From: a virus
Taxonomy: Duplodnaviria > Caudoviricetes
Virus record (IMG/VR): IMGVR_UViG_3300013004_000030
Coordinates: 57,834-121,833 of that record
Length of the DNA stretch: 64,000 nt
Reading direction: 5' to 3' (one strand)
Numbering within the stretch: position 1 is the stretch's first letter; each line of letters begins with the position of its first letter. The translations under genes were made by a program, and so were the position numbers. The notes below the pieces were generated by a model that did not search any database, had not been told where the DNA came from, and was given only the letters and a program-made list of their open reading frames with translations. This document shows, piece by piece, positions 58,543 through 64,000 of this stretch.

Positions 58543-59070
58543 CTATTTTTTCTCGTTGTAAAGAGCCTCAAAATACCGGCGAGAAGCAAAATCAACTCCC
58601 TCAAAAGAACGCAAAACCATTCTCGTGTGCATCTCTGAAGGAAGAATCCCATTTAAAACATATTTGGAATACAAATAACTCGCCAACGAATCCGAACTAA
58701 TCGCCTCCTCAGCCTCTCGCCACCTATCGCCCACAACACAAGCCGAAACCAACACACACAAACGAGGATTCCGAAGAAAACTCCGAAGATTCACACCATG
58801 ACCCAAACAACGACGAATATAATCCCCACCCAAACCAATTGGTTCAATTAAATTCAAATCAATTTTTTTAGAACTATGAAAAAACCAATCCCTAATCTGA
58901 CGAATCGAATAATTTGTGCCCTCAAATGCACGAACAACAGTGTTGAATTCCCAAGAACTACGCTCCGCCCAAAACGGAGGGTCAAAATCAAAAGAACCCA
59001 AAATACGAAGGTTACTCAAAAACTTGGAGAACTCGCTCCAAGCTTCTTCTTTTGTTTGAAATAAACTCAT
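58543..59070 (-). CDS. Paralog family B member
   Basis: RWREAEEAI; YSKYVLNGILPSEMHTRMVLRSF. Confidence 0.7.
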   Translation of the reverse strand: MSLFQTKEEAWSEFSKFLSNLRILGSFDFDPPFWAERSSWEFNTVVRAFEGTNYSIRQIRDWFFHSSKKIDLNLIEPIGLGGDYIRRCLGHGVNLRSFLRNPRLCVLVSACVVGDRWREAEEAISSDSLASYLYSKYVLNGILPSEMHTRMVLRSFEGVDFASRRYFEALYNEKK

Positions 59071-59451
59071 CGGATTTTATTACGCTGCTCGCTTCAGCCG
59101 CTCAATTTCCACAACATCCTTTTTTTGTGCGAACCTGGTCATGTGCCGATCCTGAAGATACGAATCAGCCAAACCAAACAAATAAAAACCCAGATCTCCA
59201 ACCCTGCACACAAAAGCCAAAAACAAAACCATCCCCATCATCGTTCCCAAATACATCACAACAATAAAAAGATCAGCAAACATTCTAAAACTCCAAAAAG
59301 AAAAACACCTGTCAAAACCGGCAGGTCATACCTGTCAAAACCGTCAGGTTTCTTGCGACATATTAAGTGAAATCAATGAAAATAGACCTTACGCCACAAT
59401 GATTTTCATCCTAAATAAAGAGGTCGGAATTAATCAACAACAAGGAAAAAA

Positions 59452-59679
59452 ATGAGCGAAAATGAAGGTCCCGTCTACAGCATGCTAACAGGAAAACCAT
59501 GCGGATATCTCTTGTTTACATGCGCATACAATTCAAACCTGAATGAAAATTCTTGGGGCTCACCCACATCATACATGGACGGCTGCGAATGCCCTCTAAA
59601 TTTTGACCCACCACCAGACACAGACAACCCTTGTCCAGCTGTAGGCCAACAATACTACATGAACGCCTACTGTCAGTAA
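59452..59679 (+). CDS. Small Cys-rich protein, family C (6 Cys)
   Basis: PVYSMLTGKPC; AAGGA RBS; CTAAATA upstream. Confidence 0.75.
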   Translation: MSENEGPVYSMLTGKPCGYLLFTCAYNSNLNENSWGSPTSYMDGCECPLNFDPPPDTDNPCPAVGQQYYMNAYCQ

Positions 59680-59701
59680 AACTAAGGCCTTAGGATAAAA
59701 C

Positions 59702-59917
59702 CTAAGGCCTTTTTTCTATCTCCATCGTCTCCTCCATATTATCAACCATCATGTGATCCCCCTCAATCACGCCGCACACACGAACCTTATATCCGGCCGC
59801 CACATCCTTGGAACAAAGGGAAACGGCCTCCTCCCAAGTATCCGCCTCCGCAATCGCAGCCCAAGGCTGGTCATTGTCCGGGTAGTATCCGACAACAGTG
59901 AACTTCATTTTACCCAT
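59702..59917 (-). CDS. Hypothetical protein
   Basis: 71 aa following a family B gene. Confidence 0.6.
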   Translation of the reverse strand: MGKMKFTVVGYYPDNDQPWAAIAEADTWEEAVSLCSKDVAAGYKVRVCGVIEGDHMMVDNMEETMEIEKRP

Positions 59918-59923
59918 CCAGGA

Positions 59924-61480
59924 TCAAGAAATAAGCTTGGCCCTCTCCTCAACACTCAAAGTCCCAATGTACTCCCGAGCCAACCTCTCCCTACCCTCAA
60001 TAAACTCCACATACCACCTCTCCCCAGAAAGAATCATCATGCTGTGAAGACTCTCGGGAAGACGACCACCCAAAGCATGAACATACCGATAAACCCGATT
60101 ACTCCGACTCTTAGGACACTTCCTCTTCAAAATGCCACGCTCTATCGACCTGTGCATCTCCTCAGAACCAGCCTTGAACTTCTCAAAATACAACAAACTC
60201 CCATACGAATTCTGGGCGATCACAGACTCCGCCTCAACCCACCTACCACAAATCACATGAATCGCATACTGACAAGCCAACTTGGGATCCTTCATGATCG
60301 CCGGCTCACCCAAATGAAACCGAGCCGCCGTCCTCATGGCATACGCAAAAGAAGCCATGCCACTCTTTGAGATCAATTCCAAAGTCTCTTGAGGCAGATC
60401 CTCAAACAAACAATCCAGAATCTCCTCGTTCACTACACACCCCCAATCCTTGAAACCAACTCGCGCCTTGCCTCAGGATCCAAATCCTCGAGATACCGAA
60501 CCGCACGCCTCTCACACACATCCAGAAAACGAAGATACCTCTTCGTCCAACCCCTGCGCTTGTCATCAAAACTAAACATCATCATCTTCTGGTGAAGATC
60601 AGCATTCAAACGACACCCTGTCAAAACCGCATACCTGTACATAACTTGTGCGCGATTCTTCTCCATCAAAACATCCTCGAGCTCCGGCCACCGGGGACGA
60701 CCTACAGCCTTCAGATAATTGACAACCACATCCGAAGAACTTTCCCAGCGCCACTTCTTGCCCCGACGAACAAACGACAAAACCTTCTCCTCCAACGGAG
60801 CCCACCGACCACGCACAATATTTTTAACATACTTCAAGGCCACTTCAAACTCACTAAGTATCGCCGCCTCCCCAAGCTCCCAACGACCACGAACCACCTC
60901 CGACGCATAAGCCAACGAAGAATGAGCACAGGAACTAATTACCTCCTCACCCGCCTCCCACCTGGAACCCAAAACATTACAAGCATAACTGAAGGCCGTG
61001 TTCGCACTCCTAAGTATCGCCGCCTCCCCAAGCTCCCAACGACCACGCACAACATGAAGCGCATACTCCAAGGCATACGAGGGATTGTCTGCAATACCCC
61101 CCAACTCCCAACGAGTCAACGGAATCCCATTGCGTGCCTTCTTTATGGCATACCGAGGCTGACAAACAGTAGCCGGACGAACAACCGTGTCCTTAACCGC
61201 ACGCATCTGCCGACGCATCTTTTCCCTCCAAGTACCGAATGTACATCTTCGTCCAGTTGTTGGACTCACCCAATACCATCCGGGTATGCAAATTCAAAGG
61301 AAGACCACCATCCCTATACGCCAACCACAAACACACAAAACACAACCCCTCCCAATCATAAAAATCCAGATGATCACGCAAAGGAACCCGAACCCCAGAA
61401 TTCTCAAAATCCTCCGGAGTCCAGCCCTCAAGATAAGGCTGCAAATCATCCATAAACGAAAAAATATCTTCGGAATTCAT
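59924..61480 (-). other. Three tandem family B genes (59924..60433, 60433..61218, 61193..61480)
   Basis: YA..V..GRW..GE..I repeats; C-terminal LP..LH..M. Confidence 0.75.
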
Positions 61481-61640
61481 ATTTTTTCAATAATCAAAAC
61501 CGGAATTATTACAATCCCAATCCAAAAAACAAAACATATTCCCGAGATCAAAATTTGTGCGTATTTTTTCAATAATTGAAAGCAAAATTATTAAAACTTG
61601 CACAAGAAACAAAGAATAAAAACAATAGCCAAAATTTGTG

Positions 61641-61922
61641 CTAAGGCATTATGCCCAATATGATAATCTTCTCCGCCATGTCCCGAGGTATCCCAAGATG
61701 AAACTTACTCAAAACATTCCCAGGAATACTGTTGCGCAAACTCCAAGGACACTCCAAAACAATACGCTCAATCCCATCACCACGACGAATCCAATTGCCT
61801 CGATCACGAACTATACCCAACGACTCAAGATACGAAACCCAAACCCTAAGATCGCCAAACTCCTCGTACTTACTCTCAACAATCTCCGAAAGCTCCCTGT
61901 GATGAACCGAAGACCATTCCAT
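61641..61922 (-). CDS. Paralog family A member
   Basis: MEWS..H...L..K; IPRDMAEKIIILGIMP. Confidence 0.7.
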   Translation of the reverse strand: MEWSSVHHRELSEIVESKYEEFGDLRVWVSYLESLGIVRDRGNWIRRGDGIERIVLECPWSLRNSIPGNVLSKFHLGIPRDMAEKIIILGIMP

Positions 61923-62247
61923 GGCATTGCTCCCTAGAAGAAACCATCCAGAATACCAAAATCAAACAAGAGAAACCAGCGCCATAGCCAAATCCACCCT
62001 CTACCCAATATATCCCTTAGCACCTTCCTACACCATCCTGCCTATCGAACCAAACCCGTCGTGCGAACTCAACCCATTAAAAACACACTTGTATTCTTTT
62101 GAATAATACTTGTCATTCTCCGGGGAAACAAACACAATGTTAGAAAAAATTCGTCAATTCTCGAGTGCCACCATGAGTCAAAACAACAAGACAACTACTC
62201 ATGGATGCATCTACAGGTAAATTTTAAAAATACAAACATACTAGGGT

Positions 62248-62490
62248 ATGGAAACAATATACAGTAATTTAGGCGGCAAATTCAACGCCGAATGCCCCGA
62301 AGGATACTACAGATCAAGCTTCTGCGCAGATCCCTCAGACCCATCCTTCAACGAAACACTGTTCGCCTGCGGATACCCAATCCAAATCAACTGCTACAGC
62401 ACTTTAAACGGCGACACAATACCGCCCGAAACCGTCGCCTCAACTTATGCGCCAGGATACGAATGCGTAAGCTACTGCGATAATGTCTAG
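62248..62490 (+). CDS. Small Cys-rich protein, family C (6 Cys)
   Basis: TIYSNLGGKF; ends YCDNV. Confidence 0.7.
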   Translation: METIYSNLGGKFNAECPEGYYRSSFCADPSDPSFNETLFACGYPIQINCYSTLNGDTIPPETVASTYAPGYECVSYCDNV

Positions 62491-62874
62491 GACGAATAAT
62501 ATTTCATCACCCTATACATTATGTAACAACAAAAAACCAAGGAAATAACAATAACAATAACCCTGGTCGGTTCGTCATGTATAAAAGTCGGACATATAGG
62601 ATGACGATTCATATTCATAAATGTATGTATACATATGGAACGATGAACCCAATGCTCAATTCATCGCCATCATAACCTCCGCCAGTAACAATACTATGGG
62701 GCGGTGTCATCTACACAGTCATCAAAGACTATCTCCAAGACCGATTTTAATTTAATTATTGGAAACCAATTTTCTTACACGCACAAGAAACCAATCCAAT
62801 AAAAAACAAAGGCCATAATTTGTGCAAGTGGCACTAAATCAAATATGACCGGAATATGAAAGGAGGACCCTTTC

Positions 62875-63114
62875 ATGCCAGACGAACCAATATTCAGCTC
62901 CCTCACAGGGAAATTCGACCCCAATAACCCATGCGCCAACTGCTCCGGATACTGCGATGTACCATCCGGAGCCGATACCCAGAGCAACGCCACATTCCAA
63001 TGTAACGACAACGCCGCATTCCCAGAACTCTTCGGCTACACCACAGGTTCCTGCCTAGGAGTATGGTACTCAAACGAAGAAGGATTCTGGAAATACGCCA
63101 ACTGCTTCAACTAA
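62875..63114 (+). CDS. Small Cys-rich protein, family C (6 Cys)
   Basis: PIFSSLTGKF; AGGAGG RBS. Confidence 0.75.
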   Translation: MPDEPIFSSLTGKFDPNNPCANCSGYCDVPSGADTQSNATFQCNDNAAFPELFGYTTGSCLGVWYSNEEGFWKYANCFN

Positions 63115-63204
63115 ACCTGACGGTTCCGGCAATCTTTGTTCTACCCCCACTTTTTACCTCCCTTTAGATAAAACTAAATCTAGATAAAAACAAAGGAGAA
63201 CAAC

Positions 63205-63465
63205 ATGAGCGAACCAATCTACAGCGTCCTTTCATCCAAACCAGACCCTTCAGCCTGCGGATACCAAAAGTGGGAATGCAAATCCCTCGCCGCACTAGGA
63301 TACGGAGATAGCGGATACGTAGCATTCCAAGTGGAAACAAATACAAGCGGATGCTCCTCGTGCCCCAACGGTTACTTCCTGGCAGACGAACCAGGAGTAA
63401 CATGCGACTACGAAACCGGACCAGAAGGCACAGTCAACTACGCAAATTACTATTGCAATGAATAA
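63205..63465 (+). CDS. Small Cys-rich protein, family C (6 Cys)
   Basis: PIYSVLSSKP; AAGGAG RBS; TAGATA upstream. Confidence 0.75.
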   Translation: MSEPIYSVLSSKPDPSACGYQKWECKSLAALGYGDSGYVAFQVETNTSGCSSCPNGYFLADEPGVTCDYETGPEGTVNYANYYCNE

Positions 63466-63503
63466 TCAAATACATTGATTGCAATATGCCTGCGGATCAG
63501 GCA

Positions 63504-63752
63504 TCACTCACCAGGACAATATCTCGCATCACATGTCGAAGGACCAAACACGCCCTGGCACTCCTCACTACTGGAAAATCCATAATACTGCCAGCCAAAA
63601 AGCTGAATGCATGTTCCTACTGTCCCACCAGGCGTATTGCTACAACACTTATACCCATCCGGGCACCCACACCCAGTCGGACACTCAGCAGTGTTTGTCA
63701 CACAAGGCTTGCCTGTCAAAACACTAAAAATCGGATCGTTGTTGCTAGTCAT
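63504..63752 (-). CDS. Small Cys-rich protein, family C (10 Cys)
   Basis: PIFSVLTGKPC; ends YCPGE. Confidence 0.75.
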   Translation of the reverse strand: MTSNNDPIFSVLTGKPCVTNTAECPTGCGCPDGYKCCSNTPGGTVGTCIQLFGWQYYGFSSSEECQGVFGPSTCDARYCPGE

Positions 63753-64000
63753 AAAGTTGAATCCCCTATCGATTTAAATCCTACCTATATTTCAGCCAAC
63801 TATCAAATTACTTACATCCAAAACTCAGCAGGATTTTCCAGCAGACAAATAAAAAAGGCCGGGAGATAATTAAACCCCCCAGCCAGTAAAAGTCGATTAT
63901 TCGACAAAAGCCCCATCAAGGACAAACAGCATTCATAGTGCATGTGCGATCCAAATGACTATGATTCGTACATTCACTGCAAACATTTTCGGGCTGGCCA

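Larger units (their letters stand above)
10817..61965 (-). promoter_or_regulatory. Dispersed conserved element TTGA-N~10-CC(A/G)GA(T/C)(A/G)GT(TGAAA), about 50+ copies, putative early promoter
   Basis: + strand ttcaac(t/c)atc(c/t)gg...tcaa at e.g. 13326, 14457, 15028, 15260, 16214, 17677, 19287, 19546, 20087, 21230, 24834, 25434, 26496, 27060, 28142, 30528, 32049, 32361, 37577, 42401, 44146, 46926, 49225, 50346, 54552. Usually a short distance upstream of an AGGAG RBS and start codon. Confidence 0.85.

Noticed and set aside
1-64000. Stop-codon reassignment or a diversity-generating retroelement
   Set aside because: Genes read intact in the standard code with no suppressor tRNA. No reverse transcriptase or adenine-specific TR/VR repeat pair was seen.

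Overview
This 64 kb window looks like part of a large lytic dsDNA phage genome, probably T4-like/jumbo. The host is possibly a Planctomycete, but that is a weak inference. No core structural or replication genes are present. 1-10.6 kb is a mixed-strand block: surface-glycan genes including a host-like rfbA, a nuclease plus C5-methyltransferase pair, a GNAT-like protein and a LamG protein. 10.8-62 kb is a long minus-strand array of short, mostly hypothetical genes. Roughly 50 or more of them (manual count) are preceded by one conserved element, TTGA-N~10-CCRGATRGTTGAAA followed by an RBS, and the upstream gene's TGA stop very often lies inside that element. The array also holds a WGR-ATP-dependent ligase, an HD hydrolase, PcfJ-like, TilS-like and MoxR AAA/vWA genes, HNH nucleases, eight tRNAs (two split by Azoarcus-like group I introns of 208 and 185 nt) and one aberrant tRNA-like RNA. 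Top unexplained signals: (i) five small genes with a shared N-terminal motif and divergent Cys-rich cores; (ii) a three-copy structured RNA motif in two apparent sRNA loci; (iii) two expanded paralog families with conserved C-terminal tags; (iv) the cassette-like promoter/stop architecture. All family assignments come from motif recognition by eye, not database searches.
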